Shown: positions 9,513-19,806, numbered from the stretch's first letter. The stretch is DNA of 64,000 nucleotides from an uncultured archaeon (GCA_963782915.1 CAWALK010000012.1:128001-192000); one strand, 5' to 3'. Notes: a model not told the origin generated them from the letters alone. Numbers and translations are program-made.

Positions 9513-10292
9513 TTGGTCGTTAAACAGCTAAAAAACCTCTTATCTTTCTTAACCGTTTTTCCAGTCCAAATGGATAAGGACTTGCTTACTGACTGCGCCA
9601 AAAACATGTGGGCTTTCCCATTAATCGGCGCATTCTTAGGCTTGCTCGCTGGCTTGTTTGGTTGGGTTGCAACCATATTTTTGCCCAGCTTAGTCGTAGG
9701 CGCATTGGCTCTGGCGTTGCTGCTTTGGATGACTGGGCTGCATCACACTGATGGTTTGCTGGATTTCGGCGACGGCGTCATGGTACATGGCACCCCCGAA
9801 AAGAAAATCGAGGTTATGCATGACCAACTCACAGGTGCAGGCGCAATCGGCTTAGCACTCATGACCTACATCGTCACTGCGTTTGCGTTTGCTTCCCTCG
9901 GCGGAAACCAGAATATCTTTGGTTTTAGGGTGCCCTTGATTCTTCCTGCGTTAATCGTTATCGAGTTATGCGCCAAGTTGGGTATGGTTGTGGCTGCCCG
10001 TGCAGGCCGATCAGTGCATCAGGGCATGAACTCATCTTTTCTCCAAGCAATGCATGGAAGCGGCGGAAACTGGCGTCTCGCGTTAGCGTTGGTGATTTCG
10101 TTTGCAGTTGCGTTACCTTTGCTGGGTTTAGGCGGCATCTACGTCGTCTTAGCCGCTGTCGTTACTGGGTTAGTGATGGTTGGGGTTGCACATAGGAACT
10201 TTAACGGCGTCACAGGCGACGTGTTCGGCTCAACCAACGAGTTAACACGCATGGTTTGCGCTGTGGTGTTATTGGCGGTGGTTGCATGGTAA
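9513..10292 (+). CDS. cobS: Adenosylcobinamide-GDP ribazoletransferase
   Basis: LSFLT, GLHHTDGLLDFGDG, MHD..TGAG, GVTGDVFG..NE. Confidence 0.93.
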   Translation: MVVKQLKNLLSFLTVFPVQMDKDLLTDCAKNMWAFPLIGAFLGLLAGLFGWVATIFLPSLVVGALALALLLWMTGLHHTDGLLDFGDGVMVHGTPEKKIEVMHDQLTGAGAIGLALMTYIVTAFAFASLGGNQNIFGFRVPLILPALIVIELCAKLGMVVAARAGRSVHQGMNSSFLQAMHGSGGNWRLALALVISFAVALPLLGLGGIYVVLAAVVTGLVMVGVAHRNFNGVTGDVFGSTNELTRMVCAVVLLAVVAW

Positions 10293-10907
10293 CTGCGTTG
10301 GTTATGGCTGGTGGCAAAGGCACCCGCATGAAGCTCGCTGAAGAGAAGCCGCTTATCAAAGTCTGTGGCAAACCCGTGATTGAGTATGTGCTTGCTGCAT
10401 TGAAGAGACGCTAAAAAAATTGATCAACATAATCGTGGCTACATCCACTACTACGCCAAAAACTACGGCGTTGATGAAGCACTCGGCGTCCAAGTTATCC
10501 AAACTCCAGGTAAAGACTATGTTTCCGACATGGGCTACACGGTCCAAACGCTCAAGTTCGGCGTTTTCTTAGCAATCGCGGCTGATTTGCCATTGGTGAA
10601 GCCTGAAATGATTGATGCAGTGGTGGAACGTTATGAGCAATGCGGCAAACCTGCGCTAACGGTTGCGGTGCCGCTTGAAGTTAAAGCCAAGTTGGGCATG
10701 AGCATCGAATACAGCTTCAAAACCGACGACAACTGTGACGTGGTTCCAGTCGGCATAAACGTCATAGACGGCAGCAAACGTTACGGCGACGAATGGCTCG
10801 ACCAAGACATCTACATCCTAAACCACGAAGAACTCGCCGTTAACATCAACACAGTGCAGGAACTACAGCTGGCAGAACGCATGTTGGCTGAGAAACTTAA
10901 GAAATAG
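10286..10907 (+). CDS. cobY: GTP:adenosylcobinamide-phosphate guanylyltransferase; frameshifted between about 10400 and 10490
   Basis: ATG 10286 gives MVTALVMAGGKGTRMKLAEEKPLI; the C-terminal ORF has ADLPLV, PVGIN, NINTVQEL. Confidence 0.82.
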
Positions 10908-10910
10908 TCT

Positions 10911-10999
10911 TTTGCTCTCCAGAGCCTATCACACTCTATTTACAGCAACATAGAGGAGCGTTTGCTGCTCTGCGGACCTACCCCTCCCTTATATATAGA
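10911..10999 (+). repeat. Dispersed repeat, module C (two tandem degenerate units)
   Basis: TTTGCTCTCCAGAG... then TTTGCTGCTCTGCGGACCTACCCCTCCCTTATATATAG, between convergent genes. Confidence 0.7.
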
Positions 11000-11017
11000 T
11001 TCAAGCAGTAAGTGCCT

Positions 11018-11900
11018 TTAAGGTTCAACTTTCCGTTGCTTCTCAGCTGTAGCTTGCTGTAGAGTCTCCTTCATCTTCCTTGCATCCACATCCAGAATCG
11101 GCGATTCACAAATCATCGTTGGATGCATCCCAAAATCCAAAATCACCTCAGCCAACCACCGAAAATCAGGTCCATACTCTTTCTCATCGAGGGTATGGTG
11201 GCATTTTTCGCCTTGACTGCTAAATTCAATCGCTGAAAAGTGACAATGCATACTGCGAAGCACCTGTGTGCCAAGTTGCTCCTCAACTTTCTCGGCGATT
11301 TTACGCATGTCATCTGATGATTTGAAGGTGCCCTGATGCAGCGCATGCAGATGCCCCCAGTCAATTACCAATTGGGTGTTTTCGACTTCGCGGTTTATTG
11401 CTATGATTTCGTCTATGGTGCCAACTTGGGATTTTTTGCCCATCGTTTCAGGTCCAAGCTTCGCCTTTAATCCCCATAGACTTCATCCGTGACGACACGT
11501 CTTTGAGTTCAGATATGCAGGTTTTTAGAGCGTAGTCTTTGTCGAATTTGCCATAGAAACCCGTGTGGAACACCACTACGTAGGCGTTCATCCAGTCCGC
11601 TGCGGTTACGGCTCCGAGTATGCGTTCTTTGCTGGCTTCAACGACTTCTTTTTTTCCTGAGAGGTTGATGAAGTAGCTGCCATGCATGCTGAGTTTAACG
11701 TCGTTTTTAGCGGCTTCTTCTCCGAGTTTTTGGGCATCTGCCTGTTTTATCTGCGGCTTAGCACCCCAACGGGAAGCCTGATACTCAAAAGCGTCCAGTC
11801 CCTCCTCATGAAGTAGCCTTGGAACGTCGAATGTGGTTGCGCCCATTAATCGGAACATGGGTGGTACGCCTGCGGGTCCAAAACGGGTATGCTCAGACAA
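11018..11900 (-). CDS. Endonuclease IV-like TIM-barrel protein; frameshift near 11455
   Basis: RFGPAG, SMHGSYFINL, VFHTGFY, (E)TMGKKSQVG, IDWGHLHA, HCHFS, ICESP split over two ORFs. Confidence 0.85.
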
Positions 11901-11950
11901 TTATAATCCCTTGCAATTTAGGTTGCCAAATCAATCATTAAGGTTTTCTC

Positions 11951-12733
11951 TTACAACAAGCTCACAATTGTTGGGATTGCGATGAAGAAGTGCATGTAAA
12001 CCGCTATCGCCAAAATCGCAATTGTAATTGCCAGCAGGGCGTAGTCGCCTTTGTGCAGTTTTAGCAAATAGAGGTTGGTGCGTTTTTTGCTTGCACCCCA
12101 TGCACGGGACTCCATGGCTTCGGCTAATTCGAGGCTTCTGCGGATGGCGCTGACGATCAATGGGATGAGTACGGGTATGTAGTTGCGGATGCGTTTCATT
12201 AAGCCGCCTTTCTCGAGTTCGAGTCCTCGGGCTTTTTGGGCATCCATGATGGTTTGGGCTTCCTCAGCCAAAACTGGCACAAAGCGGACGGCTGTGGTAA
12301 AGGCGAACGCGAATTCATATGGCACCCGTGACTGCTCAAGTGCTAAGCCTAAGTGGTCGGGTGAGGTGGTTAGGAAGAAGACTGAGAAGGACTCGACCAG
12401 GACGACGAATCGCAGAGTCATCGCTGCAGCAGATTCCACAGCAGCTGGAGTAAGGGTGTAACCTTGGGTGAAGAAGGTTGTGCCAATGTTTATGAAAAAG
12501 ATAAATGCTGCCAAAAAGGCTGCTCCACGCAGCGAACGCAACCACTGCTTCTGAACCCTTGCCAGAAACACAAACGGCAACTGCATCAAAAACAGGGCAA
12601 GCAACGGGATGATTTGGGTGAAGATGATGGCTACTATGAAGATGGCGATGACATAGACGAATTTTATTCGTGGGTCCAAGTTGTGGATTGGGCTGGATAC
12701 TTTGCGGAATTTTAAGCCGTCAAAAACGCTCAT
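11951..12733 (-). CDS. ecfT: ECF transporter transmembrane component EcfT
   Basis: LDPRIK, AQKARG and AMESR motifs. Confidence 0.92.
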   Translation of the reverse strand: MSVFDGLKFRKVSSPIHNLDPRIKFVYVIAIFIVAIIFTQIIPLLALFLMQLPFVFLARVQKQWLRSLRGAAFLAAFIFFINIGTTFFTQGYTLTPAAVESAAAMTLRFVVLVESFSVFFLTTSPDHLGLALEQSRVPYEFAFAFTTAVRFVPVLAEEAQTIMDAQKARGLELEKGGLMKRIRNYIPVLIPLIVSAIRRSLELAEAMESRAWGASKKRTNLYLLKLHKGDYALLAITIAILAIAVYMHFFIAIPTIVSLL

Positions 12734-13554
12734 CTGCCCAATCGCTCCTTAGTTTTAAGCAGTAGTGCTTTAGCTTCGTAAATGTCAATGATGTCTTTTG
12801 GCAAACCCAACGATTCCAGTTTGGTGAATACCTGCGCTATCTGAGGCAGCACAATCGAGGACAACTCTAGCATGGCTGGGTCGGTTAGGATTTCTTTTCC
12901 TTCGCCGTCCGCAACGATTTTGCCCTCTTTCATTAGGATGACACGGGGATTGCATTCCGCTACAAACTCCACGTCGTGGGTGACTGCAACTACGGTTTTC
13001 TTCTGTGTCTGCAGCTGCATGATGAATTGGCGAAGTATCTCTTTCTGCTCATGGTCCTGCCCGATGGTGGGTTCATCCAAAATCAACGTTTTCGGATCCC
13101 AAGCCAGCACTGATGCTAAGGCTACACGTTTGCGTTCTCCGCCGCTGAGTAGGAACGGCGAGGTTTTGCGGTACTGAGCAATCGAGAGTAATTCAAGCGC
13201 CCATGTAACCTGCTGTTCGATTACTTTAGGTTCGAACCCGAAGTTTTTGAGTGCAAAAGAGATTTCTTCTTCAACGGTTTCGCTGAACAGTTGATGGTCT
13301 GGATTTTGGAAGACGAAGCCGACGTTTCTTGCTAATGCTGCAACGCTGGATTTGGTGGTTGGTACCCCATCTATCTTAACTGTGCCCATCGAGGGTTTCA
13401 GTAAGCCGTTGAAGTGTTTGACAAAGGTGGATTTGCCTGCGCCGTTCTGCCCCATGATGGCGACGAATTCGCCGTCTTTAATGGTTAATGAGACGCCTTT
13501 TAGGGCTTCAACTTTGCTGGCGTAGGAGTAATGGACGTTTTCGGCTTCAATCAT
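12730..13554 (-). CDS. ecfA: ECF transporter ATPase
   Basis: GQNGAGKST, FQNPDHQLF, LSGGE, LDEPT. Confidence 0.92.
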   Translation of the reverse strand: MIEAENVHYSYASKVEALKGVSLTIKDGEFVAIMGQNGAGKSTFVKHFNGLLKPSMGTVKIDGVPTTKSSVAALARNVGFVFQNPDHQLFSETVEEEISFALKNFGFEPKVIEQQVTWALELLSIAQYRKTSPFLLSGGERKRVALASVLAWDPKTLILDEPTIGQDHEQKEILRQFIMQLQTQKKTVVAVTHDVEFVAECNPRVILMKEGKIVADGEGKEILTDPAMLELSSIVLPQIAQVFTKLESLGLPKDIIDIYEAKALLLKTKERLGR

Positions 13555-14402
13555 TTCGGCGAGAGTGCCTCCAGTAGTTGTTCTGCCAGCTCTTCGGATG
13601 AGAGTGGGGTTTTGTCGCCTAAGTTGAAGCCTTCTTTTTTAGCATCTGATAGAGCAAAGTTGCCTTGGGGATGCCGACGCCGATTAAACGGGTTTCCTCA
13701 TTGTTCAGTATCTGGCGTGGGTCGCCTTCTAAGCCGAACTGTGCCCTGATCCATAACGATTAGGTGGTCAGTGTATTTGGCGGTTAAGTCCAATCGGTGC
13801 TCGACGAGGATAACGGTGATGCCCTGTTCTTTGTTTAATCGATAGATGACTTCGAAGATTTTCTGTGCACTAAGGGGGTCCAGAAAAGATGTTGGTTCAT
13901 CGAGCACAATGATGTCGGGTTCCATCGCCAACACAGATGCAATCGCCACCCGCTGCTGCTGTCCACCGCTGATTTCGTGGGGGGAGCGTTCGCGGATGTC
14001 GTAGATGCCTGTTTGGTTAAGTGCCCAATCGACTTTTTTGCGCATTTCCGTTCTGGCTACGCCGACGTTTTCTAAGCCGAAAGCAACATCTTTCTCGATG
14101 GATAGCGCAAAAAGCTGGTTTTCGGGGTTCTGGAACACTAAGCCAACATGCTTCGCCATCTCATACGTGTGATGCTCAAGCGCGTTAATGCCAGCCACCG
14201 TGACTTCGCCTTTAACTTCGCCCTGATAAAAATGCGGAACCAAACCGTTAAAGCAACGGCACAAAGTTGTTTTGCCACAGCCACTTGGACCCGTAATCAA
14301 AACAAACTCGCCCTTCTCTATCTTTATGTTCACATCATGGATTGATGGTTTTGATGCGCCAGGATAGGTGTAGGTGAGGTTTTTGATTTCTATTATAGCC
14401 AA
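13551..14402 (-). CDS. ecfA: ECF transporter ATPase; C-terminus frameshifted
   Basis: GPSGCGKTT, FQNPENQ, ISGGQ, LDEPT; the tail continues in another frame to the next start. Confidence 0.88.
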
Positions 14403-14561
14403 AGTTTTGTGCCTGCTACCTTAAGCGTGAAGGTTTGCTCATTTAAGCGTAACTACCCAATTTTGGATATTTTTCTGTTCTAAACCGTTTGACGTAATTA
14501 AGAATTTCCATTGAACAGTCTATACAGGTCTAAAACCTCTCAACACCTCTAAACAGGGGTG

Positions 14562-15557
14562 CTACTCGGTTTTAGCTATTTTCTGCTGCAACAACTTGAG
14601 GCACTGTTTGAGGGCATCCTGAATTTCGCCTTTACCGCTCACACCAGAAGCCATCGCGTGACCACCGCCAACTCCACCCAAATATTCGCCTAGTGGCGCC
14701 GCTATGTCGGTTCCTAAGTGGATTTTTGCGCCTTCGTTGAATTGGCGTACGCTTCGTAGGCTGATTTCAATTTTACCGTTTTTCTTGCCTGCAACCGCGG
14801 ACATATGTGCGCCTAAATCTACGAGTGCTTTTGCTGCGGGAGCTTGGAAAGCACTGACATGTGATAGGGCGATTATCCAGCCATCGACTTTAACGATTTT
14901 AGCACGTTTACATGCTTTGAGTTTGGCAACCCGTTCAGAGGGGTCAATTGGCAATGCATACTGTGCCAGCGTCTGCTGAGCATCAATCCCTTCAACCACC
15001 AACTTCGCAACAATCTCAAAAGTTGGCGAATTAGCCAACGCAAAATGGCGTGTATCAAAAGCTATACCAACAAACAATGCTTTTGCCTCGTTGAGGGTTG
15101 GTCTTACCTCTGCTTCGGCATAGAGGCGATAGATTAATTCACAGTTCGCTGCTGCTTTATCGTCGACAAAGCAGAGTTTGCAGATTTGCATGGTTTCTGC
15201 GTTTGGTGCGTGGTGGTCGATGATGATTTTTGGGGCAGGCGACTTTTTGATGGCATCGGCAACTTCGTCAAGCTGCTCAATAGTGTTCATGTCGAGTAGT
15301 ATGATGGCTTCTGCTGAGTCAATGTTAGGCTTCAAATTAACAGTTATAGGCAAATTATCAAGAAGCGTCTTAGACGGTTTATTGATGCCTTGTGGGCAAC
15401 CAATCTCCACTACCATGTTGGGTAGAAACCGCTTTAGCAATCCCTGCAAACCATAAGCTGAACAAATCGCATCCGCATCTGCACTACGGTGACAAAGCAG
15501 TAGAACAAAAGAAGCCTGCTGCTTCTCCAAAAGCGCAATTAATTCTTTGAAACTCAT
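14562..15557 (-). CDS. DHH/DHHA1 phosphoesterase
   Basis: HRSADADA, IDHH, GGGH motifs. Confidence 0.9.
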   Translation of the reverse strand: MSFKELIALLEKQQASFVLLLCHRSADADAICSAYGLQGLLKRFLPNMVVEIGCPQGINKPSKTLLDNLPITVNLKPNIDSAEAIILLDMNTIEQLDEVADAIKKSPAPKIIIDHHAPNAETMQICKLCFVDDKAAANCELIYRLYAEAEVRPTLNEAKALFVGIAFDTRHFALANSPTFEIVAKLVVEGIDAQQTLAQYALPIDPSERVAKLKACKRAKIVKVDGWIIALSHVSAFQAPAAKALVDLGAHMSAVAGKKNGKIEISLRSVRQFNEGAKIHLGTDIAAPLGEYLGGVGGGHAMASGVSGKGEIQDALKQCLKLLQQKIAKTE

Positions 15558-15844
15558 TTTAGTTTGCTCAAAAAGTTTTCAGTAGCCCGATGCGCTTCAG
15601 AAACCGCTGCTTTAACCAAAGCCTCCACATCCACCTCTTTAGTTGTCTTAAGCAAAAGAAGATTGATTTCGACTGTGACGCTGACGGGTTTGGTTCCTTC
15701 AACTTCAACAGAGATTTCTAAACGGTCAATATCTTTGCTGGAGACTTTGGATAGGATATGTTTGCGGGCTGCATCCTCGGTGGTTTGGCATAAAAGTTCG
15801 ATTTGCTCGGTGGATAGCTCTGGAAAGCCGAGCTCACCCATCAA
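15554..15844 (-). CDS. DUF3194-like protein
   Basis: Size, sequence pattern and conserved position after prefoldin beta. Confidence 0.65.
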   Translation of the reverse strand: MMGELGFPELSTEQIELLCQTTEDAARKHILSKVSSKDIDRLEISVEVEGTKPVSVTVEINLLLLKTTKEVDVEALVKAAVSEAHRATENFLSKLK

Positions 15845-15860
15845 GCATCAAGTCCCCTGT

Positions 15861-16235
15861 TTAAGAGAGGGGTTGACCCGAGACTGGGCTTAGGTCTTCT
15901 TGTAGTTTAGTCTGTGATTCTTTGACTTGGCTGCGTATGCGTTCTTCTTGGCGTGCGATGACTGTGCTGCGTGTTTCAAGCAGGGATTTGCGTTCGGTTA
16001 AGCTTTCGATAACCTTTGCTTTCTCTGCTTTTACGAGTAGTGAACCGGCGGCGCTGTAGATGACTGCGTCGTCTGCGGTTTTTGCCAATTCAGCGAGGGT
16101 TTGGTCTACCTCAGATTTTTCCATGTCAACTTGTTGTTTCTGTGCTAGGATGGATTGTAGTGTCTGTTGTAACTGTTGGAGACGGAGAAGCCTTTCTTGA
16201 ACGTTAGGCGGTAACTTGGATAATTCGTCACTCAT
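15861..16235 (-). CDS. pfdB: Prefoldin beta subunit
   Basis: Coiled-coil with QQLQQTLQ...IYSAAGSLLVK. Confidence 0.92.
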   Translation of the reverse strand: MSDELSKLPPNVQERLLRLQQLQQTLQSILAQKQQVDMEKSEVDQTLAELAKTADDAVIYSAAGSLLVKAEKAKVIESLTERKSLLETRSTVIARQEERIRSQVKESQTKLQEDLSPVSGQPLS

Positions 16236-16292
16236 GTTTTATTCCTTCCGTACCAGAAATGGGATGTGCTCTTAATTAAGGATTTCCAACTC

Positions 16293-16420
16293 TTTTTTCT
16301 ATAGTAGTTGTTGGCGAAAAGTTGCTATACACAACAACAACCAGCTGGTTGTGCTGTGGTTTGCTTTTTTGGTTTTGGGTTTGGTTTGGGTTGCTGGTTG
16401 GTTGTGGCGTATTTTGCAGG
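16293..16420 (+). repeat. Dispersed repeat, hairpin module A plus decayed module B
   Basis: TTTTTTCTATAGTAGTTGTTG-N18-CAACAACAACCAGC, matching 37610-37660; the downstream G/T-rich tract ends in GGTTGTGGCGTATTTTGCA. Confidence 0.8.
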
Positions 16421-16475
16421 CAAATATGGAAGGGGGTGGTGGCTTTTGAACATGTTTTTCTTTGCGAAAGAAAGC

Positions 16476-16527
16476 CTTATATGGATAAATATGTAACGCT
16501 TACAATGTAAGCTGTTAGTGGCTTACA
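16476..16527 (+). promoter_or_regulatory. TATA box followed by a palindromic operator array
   Basis: CTTATAT at 16476 after an A-rich BRE-like run; TGTAA-CGC-TTACA 16492-16504, GCTTACA-A-TGTAAGC 16498-16512, extra GCTTACA at 16521. Confidence 0.6.
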
Positions 16528-16538
16528 AGAATTGCAAA

Positions 16539-17024
16539 ATGACCCTAAGCTTCGGATACCTAACACCCAAACAAAAAGCCATCTGGGACCTAAAAAGCAG
16601 CGGACTCCAAGAAGCCCACATCGCCAAAAAACTAAACATCACCCGCCAAACCGTCCACAAATCCCTCGACATAGCCAACCTCAAAATCGAAGACACCCTC
16701 CAAGAAATCGCCAAAATCAACAAAATCGACATCGAAGCAATCAACGCTCACAGGGGATTCCTCAAAGGATACAGCAACCACTTCAAAACCTCAGCTTTTG
16801 TAACCTTCTCAGCCAAGAATGGTATCCAAGTATGGTACAAACATGAAGGCAACTGCGAAAAATGCAAAAAACAAGAAATATGCAGAAACACCCTGCTATC
16901 CGAAGCCAAAGACCGCAATTTCCTGCTACTAGATGAGTCAAGCAAAATTTTGCCATCCAAACTCGCCGAAGCACTATTCGCTAAAATAACAGGTGAAGAA
17001 AATGAGCATACGAAAAAGAATTAA
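16539..17024 (+). CDS. HTH transcription regulator (sigma70 region 4-like) with a Cys/His C-terminal domain
   Basis: LTPKQKAIW...EAHIAKKLNITRQTVHKSL; WYKHEGNCEKCKKQEIC. Confidence 0.8.
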   Translation: MTLSFGYLTPKQKAIWDLKSSGLQEAHIAKKLNITRQTVHKSLDIANLKIEDTLQEIAKINKIDIEAINAHRGFLKGYSNHFKTSAFVTFSAKNGIQVWYKHEGNCEKCKKQEICRNTLLSEAKDRNFLLLDESSKILPSKLAEALFAKITGEENEHTKKN

Positions 17025-17625
17025 ACATCTCATTGATTATTGCCCGCAACCCCAAATGCCCTTAACGACAAGACTGAAACGTCACTCTCTACCAATTGCT
17101 GCGGCAGTTACAGCCATGCTTGTTCTTTCAGTTACAGCCTCAATATTTTACTCAGGTCTTGCATCATACACATCTCCGCCTCCAATCATTAAAGAACCGA
17201 ATGCTTCTTTCTACGAGTTAGCATATGCCAAGGCAACAAACGAGCAAAAAGAAGAATTAGACAAAATTATTGCTGACAAGAGCATTGGTTTGCCAGGCGA
17301 ATGGAGACGAGCCGTTCTTATCGTCATCGGAGACCTGCCAAAAGATCAGCCCAGATTAACTGCTGAACAGGCAGGGAAGTTATATGACAGTAAAGACGTG
17401 AGCGCCCTAGAAAGTGAATTCAACAAAATTGCAGGTGCACCAGACTTTATTGGCGGTAGCGGAATTGGGCGGTCTATTTACTATCTAAACGACAATAGAA
17501 CAGAAGCCATCTATGTAATGGAAGGCGATGCATTTCACGTAGTATTTAATGACGATGGAACTCAAACAAGATTACCATTAGGCACTCAGACGCTTCCTTT
17601 TGGTCCAAGTCCTTATCAAAAATGA
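17002..17625 (+). CDS. Single-pass membrane protein with an N-terminal YCPQP motif
   Basis: MSIRKRIKHLIDYCPQP, one TM helix, C-terminal soluble domain; overlaps the HTH gene. Confidence 0.7.
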   Translation: MSIRKRIKHLIDYCPQPQMPLTTRLKRHSLPIAAAVTAMLVLSVTASIFYSGLASYTSPPPIIKEPNASFYELAYAKATNEQKEELDKIIADKSIGLPGEWRRAVLIVIGDLPKDQPRLTAEQAGKLYDSKDVSALESEFNKIAGAPDFIGGSGIGRSIYYLNDNRTEAIYVMEGDAFHVVFNDDGTQTRLPLGTQTLPFGPSPYQK

Positions 17626-17727
17626 CTACGTATTGCTGAAGGTGCAATTGTTCTGAATAGCGTTGGGTTGCTTTGTAAAGTGTAACTGCTATTGTAAATA
17701 AATTTTAGCGGTAGTTATTTCAAGAAG

Positions 17728-17746
17728 TATGTATACATAATGTATA
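17728..17746. promoter_or_regulatory. Probable VapB autorepression operator
   Basis: Overlapping palindromes TATGTATACATA (17728-17739) and TATACAT-A-ATGTATA (17732-17746) just before vapB. Confidence 0.55.
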
Positions 17747-17758
17747 GGTGCACGGGCA

Positions 17759-17995
17759 ATGGCGAGACAAATTTCCGTATCAAACGAAGTGTACGAGCTC
17801 CTCCTAGAACGAAAAGGCAACAAGAGTTTTTCGCAAGTAATCAAAGAAAGCATTCGCGCAACAAAGAAAAAAAATGATATTATGAAATTCGCGGGCGCCA
17901 TGAAAGAAGAAAAAGAAAAAATGCAGCTACTAAAAAAACAGGTTGCCGCTGAAAGAGAAGCCAACTACGGTCGAACATTCGATATGGAACAATGA
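17759..17995 (+). CDS. vapB: VapB-family antitoxin
   Basis: MARQISVSNEVYELLLERKGNKSFSQVI; ATGA overlap with the PIN gene. Confidence 0.85.
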   Translation: MARQISVSNEVYELLLERKGNKSFSQVIKESIRATKKKNDIMKFAGAMKEEKEKMQLLKKQVAAEREANYGRTFDMEQ

Positions 17996-18366
17996 CGTTA
18001 CTTGACACAAGCGTTATCATAGACTTCCTCGCTGGCGACCAAAAAATAGTTCCCATAGTACAGAAACTCGCCGACCAAGACAGCATAAAAACCACCAGCA
18101 TTACAGAATATGAACTGCTAAAACATAAAACAAAATTGAAAAAGCAACTCGCAGAAGAATTCCTCTCTGAGATAACCGTTTACCCCTTCGATTCAGCCGC
18201 CGCCAAAGAAGCAGCCAAACTCTTCGAAGAGCTACGCTATTCCGGAAGAATGGTTAATGAGAACGATTTGCTCATTGCGGGAATCGCAATTGCCAACAAC
18301 GAAGTATTGCTAACCAGAGACCAAAAACTCGGTAACGTCGGCAAAAAGAACATAATAATCGTGTAA
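17992..18366 (+). CDS. vapC: VapC PIN-domain toxin
   Basis: LLDTSVIIDFL, SITEYEL, NDLLIAGIA, LLTRD. Confidence 0.92.
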   Translation: MTLLDTSVIIDFLAGDQKIVPIVQKLADQDSIKTTSITEYELLKHKTKLKKQLAEEFLSEITVYPFDSAAAKEAAKLFEELRYSGRMVNENDLLIAGIAIANNEVLLTRDQKLGNVGKKNIIIV

Positions 18367-18423
18367 CTGCTAAAATTCTACTTTTGAAAAGGTTGTTGTA
18401 GTGGTTTTAACCTGCCTTTTGTT

Positions 18424-19714
18424 TTAGATGGTTTGGTTCCAGTAATAAACCGCTTTATATCCCGCTGTTGCCACTGGGTACGCTGGGTCCTCGTAGACAA
18501 TGTCAAGTTTAGTGCCGTATTGCACAAGCAGCTTGTACATGTTGTTGGCGATTTGGTCTGTTTTGTCGTCGGTATGCCAGAATCCCCAGATGGTATCGTT
18601 GGGGTTACGCATGCCCCAGCCGTAGTTATGCGGGTAAAACTAACGCTGCTTCTGCCTTGCTGTTGTCTTCATACTGTTTGCTATGCGTGTCCTGCCAGAA
18701 TTGATACAACGCCATGAAATGCTCATCAGTCATGGCTTGTGCGGTGTTGGTAGCGTTTTCGTCTTTGGCGTAATTAAATATCATTATGTATTTGGCGCCA
18801 GCTTGGTAAGACGCCAACATTTGGTCATAAATTTCTTTTGCGCCATCTAAGAAGGGCACATCATCATACTTCCATGTAATCATGGCACCCCACTCCTTGT
18901 CCTGCAATCGAGCGGCGCCTTTCACTTGAGCTATTTGCTGGGCGACACTGGCGTTCCAGCCAAGCTCAGTAAGCATGACATCATAACCGCCGAGGTAATC
19001 CCACCAGTATAAGCCATAATCAGACGTAAATGAGGTCACGTTGTTTCTGTTTAGCTCGCCTAGACCCAGGATACCAACTTAATACCTGATTAATGAAGAA
19101 ATTAGCTTCCATATCATAGTTATCAGGTGTCGAATTAGTATCCCTGTAAAACTTAAGCTTGGTTTCTATATCCTTAAGAGCTCTCATGGCGGGGAAATCA
19201 GAATTTGCGAGGTTATCGCTAGCGTTACTAAAAAATTGAGCCCATGAACCATCCAACTGAATACCGCCCACTTCGTCGTTGTAGTACATACCCAGAAATT
19301 TGTCGCCCCAGCGTTGGGTCCAGTTCCCTTTTATGTCAGTTAGGTTAGCATCCCAGAACCAAGTAGTAACATTCCTCTCACGATCACTATTAATTCCTAA
19401 ATTAACGATTATGTTAAACCGTTGGCGGTAGCATAATCACATATTTCATAGACAGCCGTTTCGTTCCTACTTAGTAGGCTTCTGCCTGTGTCTAGTACGA
19501 AGAGGTTGGTGTAGTTTTTTGTGCGGTCGATGAGAGCTTTGGCTTCGGCGGTGGTGTTTCCGCAGAAGGCTATGCCGACATAGGGGTTTGAATCTATGTA
19601 TGTTTGGCTTTCACTTCCGCTTAGAAGCAAATGGACGCCGAATACTGAAACCGTCAGGATTGCTATGAGGAGAATTGCGATCAAGAGCTTCCTGACATGT
19701 CGAAAGCCACTCAT
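18424..19714 (-). CDS. Secreted/membrane-anchored hypothetical protein split over four ORFs by frameshifts
   Basis: ORFs 19409-19714 (N-terminal TM), 19020-19289, 18626-19039 and 18424-18612 abut on one strand with continuous aromatic-rich coding sequence. Confidence 0.65.
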
Positions 19715-19806
19715 GACTTTTCCTTACACGTGACATCATAGTTTCCTCCGCTTATAGTTTTGCCAAGAACACCCCCAAATCAGAATTCTCCAAAACAAGG
19801 CAGGGT

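Noticed and set aside
13229-13240. tRNA T-loop-like GGTTCGAACCC
   Set aside because: Lies inside the ecfA coding sequence with no cloverleaf around it.
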